DNA of 64,000 nt. It comes from Candidatus Bathyarchaeia archaeon. Its GTDB lineage: Archaea; Thermoproteota; Bathyarchaeia; Bathyarchaeales; Bathycorpusculaceae. Position numbers and translations under genes: made by a program. The notes beneath the pieces are model-generated. The model was given only the letters and a program-made list of their open reading frames with translations, was not told where the DNA came from and did no database searches. Location: NCBI GenBank assembly GCA_050010755.1, contig JBEKKK010000002.1, positions 136,577-200,576 of the forward strand, written 5' to 3'. Positions 49,150 through 58,339 of this stretch are shown in pieces (the first letter of the stretch is position 1; the number at the start of each line of letters is the position of its first letter).

Positions 49150-49848
49150 ATGCAGAGAGCCAAACCCCTGACGAAGCCGACCAAACAAAGAAAAATGCTC
49201 TACCAGGCACCTGCCCACGTGCGACACAGGCTTCTTGCGGCACACCTCTCACCAGGGCTGAGAGCCACACACATAGCGAAAAGTTTTCCAGTTAGAAACG
49301 GAGACACCATCCGCGTGATGAGAGGAGACCACAAAGGCTTCGAAGGCAAGATAAGTCGGATAGACCTCAAAAAATACAGAATTTACGTTGAAGGATTGAC
49401 ACGAGAGAAGGTCGACGGAACTACAGTATTCGTTCCAGTGCATCCATCGAAGTTAATGATCACAAAGCTGAACCTTGACGACAAATGGCGAAAAAGGATC
49501 TTAGAAAGAAAACTAAAGCCACAAAAGAAACCAGAAAAAGCCCTCAAGAAGCCGAAGGCAGAACCTGTTGAGAAACCTCCAGAAACGGTCGAACTGAAAC
49601 AACCTGCAGTGGAGGAGAAGGGTGTGGAGGAGAAGGGTGTAGAGGAGAAGGGTGTAGAGGAGAAGGCTGCAGCTGCCACTGGGAGACGACCCAAAAAGAA
49701 GGTCTCACAGCCTCGTAAGAAAACGAAGGCAGCCGCAGAGGAAACGGGGGCTCAAGGTGCGGAGATCAAGCTAGAAAAAGAGCCTAAGGTGCAGAAGAAA
49801 AGAACCAAGCGTAAGAGCGCCAAGAAAACTGAAGAAGGAGAAGGATAG
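49150..49848 (+). CDS. rpl24: 50S ribosomal protein L24 (uL24) with ~110-aa K/E-rich extension
   Basis: KPTKQRK, GDTIRVMRG, PVHPSKLMI core then low-complexity tail. Confidence 0.92.
   Translation: MQRAKPLTKPTKQRKMLYQAPAHVRHRLLAAHLSPGLRATHIAKSFPVRNGDTIRVMRGDHKGFEGKISRIDLKKYRIYVEGLTREKVDGTTVFVPVHPSKLMITKLNLDDKWRKRILERKLKPQKKPEKALKKPKAEPVEKPPETVELKQPAVEEKGVEEKGVEEKGVEEKAAAATGRRPKKKVSQPRKKTKAAAEETGAQGAEIKLEKEPKVQKKRTKRKSAKKTEEGEG
49609..49668 (+). repeat. 15-bp coding minisatellite x4 (VEEKG)
   Basis: GTRGAGGAGAAGGGT at 49609, 49624, 49639 and a one-mismatch copy at 49654. Confidence 0.9.
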
Positions 49849-49850
49849 GC

Positions 49851-50609
49851 TTGGGCAAGAAGGGGCAATCATCTGGGTTGAAACGAAAACCAGCACCACG
49901 ATTCTGGCCAATTCACAGGAAGGAATTCACGTGGGTCGTAAAACCCAACTCCGGACCGCACTCCCTTGACAAGTGCATGCCTCTGGCCCTGATGCTGCGC
50001 GACACTCTTCGGCTAGCTGAGACAAGGAAAGAGGCCAAGACGATAGTCTCTCAGGGAAGAGTCTACGTGGATGGAAACATTAGGACGAAGGACGATTTCC
50101 CGATTGGCCTAATGGACATAGTCTCGATACCGGACGTTGGAAAAAGCTTTTGCGTGCTGCCTTCATATAGGGGCCTGATTTTCAGAGAGATAAACAGTGA
50201 AGATGCGAAATTCAAACTCTGCAGAATCGAAGACAAGACGGTTGTCAGCAACGGACAAGTGCAGCTTCATCTTCACGATGGATCCAATATTCTGGTCAAA
50301 ATTGCTGACCTCAAGAACCCACAGGAAGACGTTTATGACACGTTAGACACTGTGAAAATAAGTCTTCCAGAAAAACAAATCCTTGAACACATCAAAATGA
50401 AAGAGAAAGACTTTGCAATAATCACTGGCGGGAAGAACATCGGCAATTGGGGCAGGGCAGTTGAAATTGAGAAGGCAGAAGGCAAGAAACGCAGAAACGC
50501 ACTCGTGACGATTGAAAATGAAAAAGGAAACCGCTATCAAACAACTTTGAGATTTGTTTTTGCAATAGGCGAGGCGCATCCCTTGATATCCTTAGCGGAG
50601 GCAGTCTAG
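49851..50609 (+). CDS. rps4e: 30S ribosomal protein S4e (eS4)
   Basis: LKRKPAPRFW, GPHS, FPIGLMD, LHDGSN, TGGKN. Confidence 0.95.
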   Translation: MGKKGQSSGLKRKPAPRFWPIHRKEFTWVVKPNSGPHSLDKCMPLALMLRDTLRLAETRKEAKTIVSQGRVYVDGNIRTKDDFPIGLMDIVSIPDVGKSFCVLPSYRGLIFREINSEDAKFKLCRIEDKTVVSNGQVQLHLHDGSNILVKIADLKNPQEDVYDTLDTVKISLPEKQILEHIKMKEKDFAIITGGKNIGNWGRAVEIEKAEGKKRRNALVTIENEKGNRYQTTLRFVFAIGEAHPLISLAEAV

Positions 50610-51149
50610 GTGTCGGAAGACGAATTCGCTAAGCAGTGGGAGCAGCAGCCCATGCTTAAGCCAAGGATTGAAAAAGTCACTGTGAACATCAGTGTTGGAA
50701 AGTCGGGTGAACCGCTGGAAAAAGCCACGAAAGTCTTGAAAGAAATTACGGGTCAAACTCCATGCAAGAGAAAAGCCAAGAGCAGCATAAGAGATTTCGG
50801 GATCAGAAAAGGAGAGTCCATAGCGTGCATCGTCACACTCCGAGAGGAAAAGGCGATTGAGTTCTTGAAGAAAGCTCTGCCGGTCGTTGACAACAAGATT
50901 TCGGGACAAAGCTTTGACGGTCAAGGCAACTTTTCCTTCGGTATAAAAGAGCATATTGAGTTGCCTGGCGTAAGATATGACCCTGAGGTTGGAATATTCG
51001 GAATGGATGTCTGTGTCTCAGTTACTCGTCCTGGCTATCGTGTTAAGAACCGAAGGTATGGAAGAGCGAAGATTGGTCCAAAGCACGTTTTGACACCTGA
51101 AGAATCTAAGGTTTTTGTCAAAGACGCTCTGGGAGTAGAAATTGTCTGA
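50610..51149 (+). CDS. rpl5: 50S ribosomal protein L5 (uL5)
   Basis: IEKVTVNI, FGIRKGE, GNFSFGIKEHI, YDPEVGIFGMD. Confidence 0.96.
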   Translation: MSEDEFAKQWEQQPMLKPRIEKVTVNISVGKSGEPLEKATKVLKEITGQTPCKRKAKSSIRDFGIRKGESIACIVTLREEKAIEFLKKALPVVDNKISGQSFDGQGNFSFGIKEHIELPGVRYDPEVGIFGMDVCVSVTRPGYRVKNRRYGRAKIGPKHVLTPEESKVFVKDALGVEIV

Positions 51150-51163
51150 GATAGGTGTGCTGT

Positions 51164-51328
51164 ATGGGTAAACAGAAATCAAAGAAGGATAGAAAATACG
51201 GGAAAGGCGCAAGGCCTTGCAGCAGGTGCGGATCCTACGGACCAGTTATCCGGCGTTACAATTTATATCTCTGTCGGCATTGTTTCAGGGAGGTAGCTAA
51301 AAAACTCGGATTCAGGAAATATGAGTGA
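51164..51328 (+). CDS. rps14: 30S ribosomal protein S14 (uS14, Zn-binding); absent from supplied ORF track
   Basis: Hand translation [54 protein letters not shown] (54 aa) between L5 and S8. Confidence 0.95.
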   Translation: MGKQKSKKDRKYGKGARPCSRCGSYGPVIRRYNLYLCRHCFREVAKKLGFRKYE

Positions 51329-51342
51329 AGGAGGAAAAAGAC

Positions 51343-51726
51343 GTGGACACCTTGGCGAACGGCTTGACCGCCATAATAAACAGTGAGATGCGAAACAAAC
51401 ACGAGTGCATAATCAGCCCAGCCTCTAGGCTTTTGGGCAGAGTTTTGAGGATCATGCAACTGAATGGTTACATCGGCGAGTTCGAGTTTATAGACGATGG
51501 CCGTTCTGGCAAATTCAAGGTGCAACTGTTGGGGAGAATCAACAAGTGCGGCGCCATCAAGCCACGTTTTTCAGTTAAGATGGACAGGTTTGAAGAATGG
51601 GAGAAAAAGTATCTTCCGTCAAGAGAGGTTGGATTGCTAGTCATTTCAAGCCCGAACGGCGTCCTGTCGCATAAAGAGGCAAGAGAAAAACGCATCGGAG
51701 GCAGACTGCTAGCATTCATTTATTGA
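51343..51726 (+). CDS. rps8: 30S ribosomal protein S8 (uS8)
   Basis: GYIGEFEFIDDGRSG, INKCGAIKPRF, GGRLLAFIY; GGAGG RBS before GTG 51343. Confidence 0.96.
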   Translation: MDTLANGLTAIINSEMRNKHECIISPASRLLGRVLRIMQLNGYIGEFEFIDDGRSGKFKVQLLGRINKCGAIKPRFSVKMDRFEEWEKKYLPSREVGLLVISSPNGVLSHKEAREKRIGGRLLAFIY

Positions 51727-51739
51727 AGGTGCCCCATAA

Positions 51740-52285
51740 GTGCGAGCCTTAGAAATATCTGAAAACGTTCAAGTTCCAGAAGATGTAGAAGTCGGTCTGG
51801 AAGGCAAAAAGTTCACGGTGAAAGGAGCCAAAGGAACACTGGTTCGTGACTTTTCTTTCGCTCCAATTTCGTTGAAACTTAACGACAGGACCCTTTGCAT
51901 TCGTGCTGAATGGCCCCGCAAGAAGGAAGCTTCTCTTGTGGGTACGCTTCGTTCACACGTTCAAAACATGATCACTGGCGTAAGAAAGGGCTTCACGTAC
52001 AAAGTCAAAATAGTTTTCTCACACTTTCCAATTTCGGTGAAACTTAAGGACAAGACCATTCTCATCGAAAACTTCACTGGAGAGAGAAGCCCGAGGAAGG
52101 CGAAGATAATAGGCAATGTTCAAATTAAGATTCAAAGCGAAGATGTTTTGGTTCAGGGCATAGATCTGGAAGATGTCAGCCAGACCGCGGCAAACATTGA
52201 GCAAGCAACCAGAGTGAAAAGGAAGGATCCACGCATTTTCTTGGACGGCTTATACGTTTATGAGCGAAGTGAGGGGATAGACTGA
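51740..52285 (+). CDS. rpl6: 50S ribosomal protein L6 (uL6)
   Basis: NMITGV, SHFPI, ENFTGE, DPRIFLDGLY. Confidence 0.96.
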   Translation: MRALEISENVQVPEDVEVGLEGKKFTVKGAKGTLVRDFSFAPISLKLNDRTLCIRAEWPRKKEASLVGTLRSHVQNMITGVRKGFTYKVKIVFSHFPISVKLKDKTILIENFTGERSPRKAKIIGNVQIKIQSEDVLVQGIDLEDVSQTAANIEQATRVKRKDPRIFLDGLYVYERSEGID

Positions 52286-52815
52286 TGGCCCTGCCAAAAG
52301 CAACCGCTTCTGAAAAGGCATTGAAGCTGAGAAAGCGGGTCAAAGCGAAGAAACCAAACTTCGTCAGACAAGAGAGTTGGAAGTACATACGTTTGAAAGA
52401 AAACTGGCGCAGACCCCATGGTCTGGACAACAAAGTGAGAAAGAGGTTTAAAGGGTGGCCGGCCCGCGTAAGTGCGGGATACAGAGGACCGAAGAGCGCT
52501 AGGGCACTTCACCCATCGGGTTTTGAAGACGTCCTAGTGTACAATGTAGACGATCTGAAGCAAATTGACGCGACAACTCAAGCTGTACGAATTGCCCACG
52601 CTGTGGGCCAAAGGAAGAGAATTCAAATTCTGACTGAAGCGAGGAAAAAGAAAATAGTCGTCCTTAATCAGAGACAGGTGAAAGAAGCTACTAAGAAAGA
52701 GGAAGAGTCCACTGAAGAGACTGAAAAGGATGAGGCTGAGACAGAAGAAGCAAACAATACAGAAAAGCCAACAGAGGAGAAGAAAGTCAGCAAACCTAAG
52801 AAAAGGACTGAATAG
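52285..52815 (+). CDS. rpl32e: 50S ribosomal protein L32e with acidic tail
   Basis: FVRQES, WRRPHGLDNKVR, LHPSGF. Confidence 0.94.
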   Translation: MALPKATASEKALKLRKRVKAKKPNFVRQESWKYIRLKENWRRPHGLDNKVRKRFKGWPARVSAGYRGPKSARALHPSGFEDVLVYNVDDLKQIDATTQAVRIAHAVGQRKRIQILTEARKKKIVVLNQRQVKEATKKEEESTEETEKDEAETEEANNTEKPTEEKKVSKPKKRTE

Positions 52816-52817
52816 AA

Positions 52818-53273
52818 ATGACAGACCTCAAGAGTCAACGGCGTCTCGCAGCTCAAGTCCTCAAGATTGGACAGAACCGTGTGTGGATAGATCCTGAAAG
52901 GGCAGATGACGTTGAGGCCGCGATAACTCGAGACGAGGTTAGACGGTTGATACACCAGGGAACTATCAAAGCCTCACCGGAAAAGGGCATAAGTCGTGGA
53001 AGGGTACGCATTATACGCGAAAAGAAAAAGAAGGGGCGACGAAGCGGACCCGGCAGCAGAACTGGTTCTTCCCATGCAAGAGTGTCAAAGAAACAGGCTT
53101 GGATGAGGAAGATCCGAGCTCTACGAAACAAACTTCGCACCTTGAAGACAAAGAAAATGATTGTTGAAAACTCTTATCAGAGGCTCTACAGAATGGCGGG
53201 TAGCGGTAGGTTTGAATCAGTTGCTGACCTTGAACGATATATGAAAGCACACGAACTCTGGAGGAAGCGCTAG
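52818..53273 (+). CDS. rpl19e: 50S ribosomal protein L19e
   Basis: QRRLAA, RVWIDP, GPGSRTG, WMRKIRALR. Confidence 0.95.
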   Translation: MTDLKSQRRLAAQVLKIGQNRVWIDPERADDVEAAITRDEVRRLIHQGTIKASPEKGISRGRVRIIREKKKKGRRSGPGSRTGSSHARVSKKQAWMRKIRALRNKLRTLKTKKMIVENSYQRLYRMAGSGRFESVADLERYMKAHELWRKR

Positions 53274-53917
53274 TGGCAACGAGTTCACGTTACTGCCTGC
53301 CGTTCCGTAGGAGAAGAGAAGGAAAAACGGACTTCAAGGCTAGGAAGGCATTCTTGCTTTCTGGAAAGCCTCGACTTGTGGCGCGTTGCAGCATTAACAA
53401 CGTCAGTGCTCAAATAATCGTGGCTGAACCAAGCGGGGACAAAGTTGTAGTTTCAGCTCAGAGCAAAGAAGTAGCGAGAAAATACGGCTGGAAAGCTCCT
53501 AGGGGCAGCGTTCCAGCAGCCTATCTGACTGGCTTCTTGTGTGGGCTAAAAGCTAAGGCTCATGGAGTAGAAGAAGCAATTCTCGACATTGGATTATACC
53601 CACCCTCGAAGGGGGCGAGGATATTCGCTGTATTGAAGGGAGTGTTGGACGCTGAAGTGAATGTGCCGCATAGCGAGGAGAAACTTCCCGATGAGCAAAG
53701 ACTGACAGGTGAGCATATCGCGAAATACGCACAGGATCTAGCATCAGACGCTGAAGAATATCAATCAAGGTTTTCGAACTATTTGAAAGAGAAAACCTCC
53801 CCAGAAAGTCTTCCTAAACATGTTGCGCAGGTTAAAACGGATATGATTAAAGCATTTAAGAGCGGAGGCGGCAAGGTTGTCGCGCAGAGGCCAAAGAGAC
53901 AAAAGAAGAAGAAGTGA
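53273..53917 (+). CDS. rpl18: 50S ribosomal protein L18 (uL18)
   Basis: RRRREGKTD, PRLVAR, AAYLTG, ILDIGL, GEHIAKYA. Confidence 0.95.
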   Translation: MATSSRYCLPFRRRREGKTDFKARKAFLLSGKPRLVARCSINNVSAQIIVAEPSGDKVVVSAQSKEVARKYGWKAPRGSVPAAYLTGFLCGLKAKAHGVEEAILDIGLYPPSKGARIFAVLKGVLDAEVNVPHSEEKLPDEQRLTGEHIAKYAQDLASDAEEYQSRFSNYLKEKTSPESLPKHVAQVKTDMIKAFKSGGGKVVAQRPKRQKKKK

Positions 53918-54542
53918 GCCTTCAGAAAACTTGGAGCAATGGATTCCAAGAACGCGTCTTGGAAAGATGATCCAGGAAGGGAGAATCACATCTATCGAAG
54001 AAGTTTTCATGGCAGGCTTGAAAATTCGGGAACCCCAAATCGTTAACTCGCTGATACCAGATCTTCAGGAGGAGGTCATAAACATAAACTTGGTTCAGAA
54101 GCAGACAGACGCCGGGGAAAAGTCAAGGTTCAAAGCGATAGTCGCCGTCGGGAACAGAGATGGTTACATAGGATTGGGTTCTGGAAAGGCGAGCCAAGTG
54201 AGGAATGCGATAGAAAAGGCTGCTGTTGATGCGCGTCTCAAGATAATTCCGGTAAGGAGAGGGTGCGGAAGCTGGGAATGTGACTGCGGAAAACTTCACT
54301 CAATACCATTCCAGGTGGAAGGCAAGACTGGTGCTGTTCGAGTGGTCTTCGTTCCTGGCCCCAGAGGTCTGGGTTTGGTAGCGAGCGAGGTGTCAAAGGT
54401 GATTCTAGGTCTTGCCGGTGTGAAAGACTGTTGGACTAGAAGCTACGGCTCAACAAGAACCATCCCATCCTTTGCATATGCGGTTTTCGAAGCGTTGAAG
54501 GAAACATATAGCCTCATAATTCCAACGGACTGGGTGAGATAA
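53877..54542 (+). CDS. rps5: 30S ribosomal protein S5 (uS5)
   Basis: WIPRTRLG, VQKQTDAG, RRGCGSWEC, PRGLGLVA. Confidence 0.95.
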   Translation: MSRRGQRDKRRRSEPSENLEQWIPRTRLGKMIQEGRITSIEEVFMAGLKIREPQIVNSLIPDLQEEVININLVQKQTDAGEKSRFKAIVAVGNRDGYIGLGSGKASQVRNAIEKAAVDARLKIIPVRRGCGSWECDCGKLHSIPFQVEGKTGAVRVVFVPGPRGLGLVASEVSKVILGLAGVKDCWTRSYGSTRTIPSFAYAVFEALKETYSLIIPTDWVR

Positions 54543-55031
54543 TTGACTCAACCGATGAGCGACCGCAAATGCCTGGTGGCCATAAGGATTCGTGGAACAA
54601 TCAGTGCGTCGAGGGAAGCTAGGGAAACTCTCAGAATGCTTAATCTGGCGAGAAACAATCACGCGGTTCTGATTGACGACCGTCCATCATTTCTTGGAAT
54701 GATCAGTGCAGTGCGAGACTACATCACGTACGGAGAACTCTCAGAAGAAAGCGTTGCTTCTTTAATAAAAGAAAAAGGAAGGCTTGCTGGAAACAAGAAG
54801 TTGACAGATGAATATGCTCAGAAGGTTGGGCATAAGTCAGTCGAAGAGCTTGCAGCCGCAGTCGCGTCCTGTCATGTTGAATACTGGAATCTGCCAGGTA
54901 TACAGCCAGTCTTCAGGCTGCATCCGCCAACCAAGGGCTTTAAGGGAAAAATCAAAAGGGGCTACGGTGCAGGCGGAGAATTAGGTTACCGCGGGGAGAG
55001 CATAAACCAGCTTTTGAACCGGATGCTCTAG
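54543..55031 (+). CDS. rpl30: 50S ribosomal protein L30 (uL30)
   Basis: AIRIRG, FRLHPPTKG, GELGYRG..INQLLNRML. Confidence 0.95.
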   Translation: MTQPMSDRKCLVAIRIRGTISASREARETLRMLNLARNNHAVLIDDRPSFLGMISAVRDYITYGELSEESVASLIKEKGRLAGNKKLTDEYAQKVGHKSVEELAAAVASCHVEYWNLPGIQPVFRLHPPTKGFKGKIKRGYGAGGELGYRGESINQLLNRML

Positions 55032-55034
55032 ATT

Positions 55035-55054
55035 CTCTGTCAGAGCCTTTTTTT
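55035..55054 (+). terminator. Probable terminator after rpl30
   Basis: CTCTG-T-CAGAG inverted repeat followed by a T7 tract at 55048-55054. Confidence 0.45.
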
Positions 55055-55130
55055 CGATTTCTACATTGTTGTTTGCGATACGTTTTATAGTCACCTATGA
55101 AATTGCCTCTATTCTAGAGGGGAAGCGATC

Positions 55131-55586
55131 TTGAGCGCGAAATGGAGGAGAAACAGACCAAACTCGAAAAGGTTTGACATTCTCAAAGTTTTCAGCAAGG
55201 TCAAGAACAAGAGTGTTGCCCAAAAGTTTCGGACAAAGGATTCAAGTTTCAAGCGACAAACGAACTCGTACAGGTATAAGGTTCACAGGGTTTATGCGGA
55301 AAAGAAGTGCCGAGAGCCGAAACATTTGGTTGATGTCCTTGAAGCGACAGAGGAGATAATAGTTGTTGCTGATTTTGCAGGTTTCAACAGAGAAGACTTG
55401 AGAGTGCACGTGAGTGGTGAGAGGTTGACTGTAGTCGCTGAAGCATTGGATCGGAAATATCGCAAAAGTTTAAATCTTCCAAAAAGAGTGATTCCCAGCA
55501 CCATACGCACAACATATAAGAATGGCGTGCTTGAAATAAGGTTGAAAAAAGCTGAAGAAAAATCAATGAGTAAAATCGCAGGTTAG
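55131..55586 (+). CDS. Hsp20/alpha-crystallin family protein
   Basis: LVDVLE..EEIIVVADFAG, RKYRKSLNLP, TYKNGVLEIRLKK; TTTTATAG TATA at ~55083. Confidence 0.85.
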   Translation: MSAKWRRNRPNSKRFDILKVFSKVKNKSVAQKFRTKDSSFKRQTNSYRYKVHRVYAEKKCREPKHLVDVLEATEEIIVVADFAGFNREDLRVHVSGERLTVVAEALDRKYRKSLNLPKRVIPSTIRTTYKNGVLEIRLKKAEEKSMSKIAG

Positions 55587-55590
55587 CAAG

Positions 55591-56028
55591 ATGCCGCATA
55601 GACTTAGAAAGATTAGAAAGAACCGAGGTTCAAGGACTCACGGCTGGGGCAGAGTGGGTCAACATAGAAGGACGGGATCGAAAGGAAGACGGAACGCCGG
55701 ACGACACAAAGCATTATGGTCATACGTCATAAAATACGACCCTGACTATTACAGCAAAGTTGGATTCACATCGCCCAAGAGCCTCAGAAAGGGAGTGAAG
55801 ATAATAAACGTTGGAACACTGAACGGAATAACCGCCATTTCGACAGAAAAACAGGAAGACAAGACCATCGTGGATTTGGCAGCTCTAGGTTATACGAAAC
55901 TTCTCGGAACCGGAAAAGTCACAAAGCCACTTGTCATAAGAGTCGCTTCTTGCTCTAAATCCGCGGCTGAAAAGGTGAAGAGCGCAGGTGGGCAAGTCTT
56001 AATCGAAAATCTGAAAACTGGAGAGTAG
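55591..56028 (+). CDS. rpl15: 50S ribosomal protein L15 (uL15)
   Basis: RGSRTHGWG, GYTKLLGTG, AAEKVKSAGG. Confidence 0.94.
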   Translation: MPHRLRKIRKNRGSRTHGWGRVGQHRRTGSKGRRNAGRHKALWSYVIKYDPDYYSKVGFTSPKSLRKGVKIINVGTLNGITAISTEKQEDKTIVDLAALGYTKLLGTGKVTKPLVIRVASCSKSAAEKVKSAGGQVLIENLKTGE

Positions 56029-56038
56029 CGGCGGACTC

Positions 56039-57505
56039 ATGGCAGGAAGATTCCTGAGCCTTTTTAAGCCCATTGCAAGGGCTCTTCCAGAAATAAAGGC
56101 ACCAGAACGTAGGGTTCGATTCAACGAAAAGCTCTTTTGGACAGCGCTGGTTCTGGTAATTTTCTTGGTTATGTCTGAGGTTCCGTTGTACGGTGTTATC
56201 TCGACTACAGCGTTAGGACAGCTCACGGCTCTAAGAGTGATTTTCGCTTCGACGCGAGGCACGCTTATGGAGCTTGGAATTGGTCCGATAGTCACTGGTG
56301 GGCTGATACTGCAACTGCTGATAGGATCCGACATGATAGAAGCTGATATGAACAACCCTGAAGACAGGGGTTTGTTCACTTCAGCCAACAAAGTATTTGC
56401 AATAGTCCTTACTGGAATCCAGGCTTCAGCCTACATAATTGGGGGAATGTACGGCGCGCTAAGCGGCACGCAGGCTATACTCATCTTCTTGCAGTTACTT
56501 GCATCCGGAGTCATGGTCTTGCTTATGGATGAACTTGTCCAGAAGGGATGGGGTTTCGGAAGTGGAATAAGCTTGTTCATAATGGCAGGCGTTGCTCAGA
56601 AGGTTTTCTTGGACTGTTTCTATGCTAGCCCAGCAGTGGACAACTATGGAAGCTCAGGAGTCTTCGTAGCGCTCATCCAGTCGTTATTCAATCCCAAGGT
56701 TTCTGCGTTGGGAATCATAGCGAGATTACCATCAGCGGCGCAGAATACTCAGTATCCCTCAATAGTAGGATTCCTGGCCACCGTGGGAGCCTTTCTCGTC
56801 GTGATATATATGGAAGGGGTGAGGGTGGAATTGCCGCTGTCTTATGCAGGTTACAAAGGATATAGAAGCAGATACCCGATAAAGCTGCTTTACGTGTCAA
56901 ACCTTCCTGTGATTTTTGCATCCGCTCTATTTGCCAACGTATACTTCTTCTCCGAGATATTCTGGAACTCGTACAATCAGAGTAACACCAACTTCTGGCT
57001 TAATATACTCGGTCAATTTAGAACAATTCAATCAGGCACAGGTTCAACCGCATCATCGCAGATTATTCCAGCAGGTGGGCTTGTCTACTACGTGACTGCT
57101 CCTCGCAACTTCCTGCAAATAGCGGGTGATCCGGGTCAAGCTCTCGGCTACCTTGGAATTCTCGTCGTCTTTTGTGTTGTATTCTCGCTCACATGGCTCG
57201 AGGTTGGCGGTTTAGGGCCTTCAACTGTTGCCCAACAGCTCGTAGATTCAGGCATGGAGATTCCGGGGTACAGACGGTCTGGAAAAGCTATTGAAGCAGT
57301 TCTTAAGCGATACATTCCAGTCGTCACGGTCATCGGAGGAATAATCGTAGGATTTGTCGCAGGCATTGCGGACTTTTTCAGTGTCTTCGGTTCAGGCATG
57401 GGCATCCTACTGTCCGTTGGCATCGTTTATCAGTATTATGAAACATTGATGCAGGAAAGAGCAACTGAAATGTATCCTGCCTTTAGGCGAATATTTGGAG
57501 AATGA
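56039..57505 (+). CDS. secY: Preprotein translocase subunit SecY
   Basis: LMELGIGPIVT, KGWGFGSGISLFI, YPIKLLYVSNLPVI, GSGMGILL. Confidence 0.96.
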   Translation: MAGRFLSLFKPIARALPEIKAPERRVRFNEKLFWTALVLVIFLVMSEVPLYGVISTTALGQLTALRVIFASTRGTLMELGIGPIVTGGLILQLLIGSDMIEADMNNPEDRGLFTSANKVFAIVLTGIQASAYIIGGMYGALSGTQAILIFLQLLASGVMVLLMDELVQKGWGFGSGISLFIMAGVAQKVFLDCFYASPAVDNYGSSGVFVALIQSLFNPKVSALGIIARLPSAAQNTQYPSIVGFLATVGAFLVVIYMEGVRVELPLSYAGYKGYRSRYPIKLLYVSNLPVIFASALFANVYFFSEIFWNSYNQSNTNFWLNILGQFRTIQSGTGSTASSQIIPAGGLVYYVTAPRNFLQIAGDPGQALGYLGILVVFCVVFSLTWLEVGGLGPSTVAQQLVDSGMEIPGYRRSGKAIEAVLKRYIPVVTVIGGIIVGFVAGIADFFSVFGSGMGILLSVGIVYQYYETLMQERATEMYPAFRRIFGE

Positions 57506-57542
57506 TCCATGAATAGAACCAGGCTTTGGAGGCTGTACAGCT

Positions 57543-58043
57543 ATGTTTCAGGCCTTTCTTGATATTCCACTCAAGAGCGTTCCTTTCTCAACAGTTTTCA
57601 TACTCGGTCTGTCCGCAGGAATTTCTTTGCTCACAACATTGGTTAACAGGCGTTTGACAGATCCTGAGAAATCAAGGGCTTGGAGGAAGGAGATTTCAGA
57701 TTGGAACAAAGATCTTCGCGCCGCCAGGGGAAGTAAAGACAAGAAAACTCTGGAGAAGGTCATGAAGAAGCAACAGTATATCATGCAGCTTCAGTCCAAG
57801 ATGATGTGGCAATCGATGAAGGTTTCCCTTCTGTTTCTGATACCGCTTTTCCTAATGTGGCAGATTTTGGGTGGTTTCTACGGGCCAACGGCAATCGCGT
57901 ATCTGCCGGGCATTGGGAACCAGCTTGTATTGCCGATTTTTAATATCGCGTTTTCTTCGCTTTTCTGGTGGTATTTGCTGAGTAGTCTTCTTTTCGGAAC
58001 GGCGTTCCAGCATGCATTCAGACTAATTGAGGTTAGTGAATAA
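57543..58043 (+). CDS. EMC3/TMCO1 family (DUF106) membrane insertase
   Basis: TM-coiled coil-TM-TM topology, WWYLLSS; conserved position downstream of secY. Confidence 0.85.
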   Translation: MFQAFLDIPLKSVPFSTVFILGLSAGISLLTTLVNRRLTDPEKSRAWRKEISDWNKDLRAARGSKDKKTLEKVMKKQQYIMQLQSKMMWQSMKVSLLFLIPLFLMWQILGGFYGPTAIAYLPGIGNQLVLPIFNIAFSSLFWWYLLSSLLFGTAFQHAFRLIEVSE

Positions 58044-58044
58044 T

Positions 58045-58320
58045 ATGCCAAGACCAAGTGAACGTACTAGGAGCAAGAAACGAATAAGCAAAGCTCTTCC
58101 AGGCGGAAAAAAGAGTACTGATTACAGGGGAGGAACTGCTACCCTGTCCTGTTGCAGCCTTTGCGGCCGGCAGTTGACAGGGGTGTCTAACACTTCGCCG
58201 TTGAAAACGCGTAAACTTAACCGTGGAAAGAGGAGAATTTGGCGCTTGAACGGCGGTCAACTTTGCCACGACTGTCTGAAAACGGGCCTTAAACAAGCTG
58301 CCAGAACGCTACAACGATAA
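58045..58320 (+). CDS. rpl34e: 50S ribosomal protein L34e (divergent)
   Basis: MPRPSERTRS, LPGG, CSLCGRQLTGV, GGQLCHDC. Confidence 0.8.
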   Translation: MPRPSERTRSKKRISKALPGGKKSTDYRGGTATLSCCSLCGRQLTGVSNTSPLKTRKLNRGKRRIWRLNGGQLCHDCLKTGLKQAARTLQR

Positions 58321-58339
58321 TCTTTCCGAAGGCAATCTG

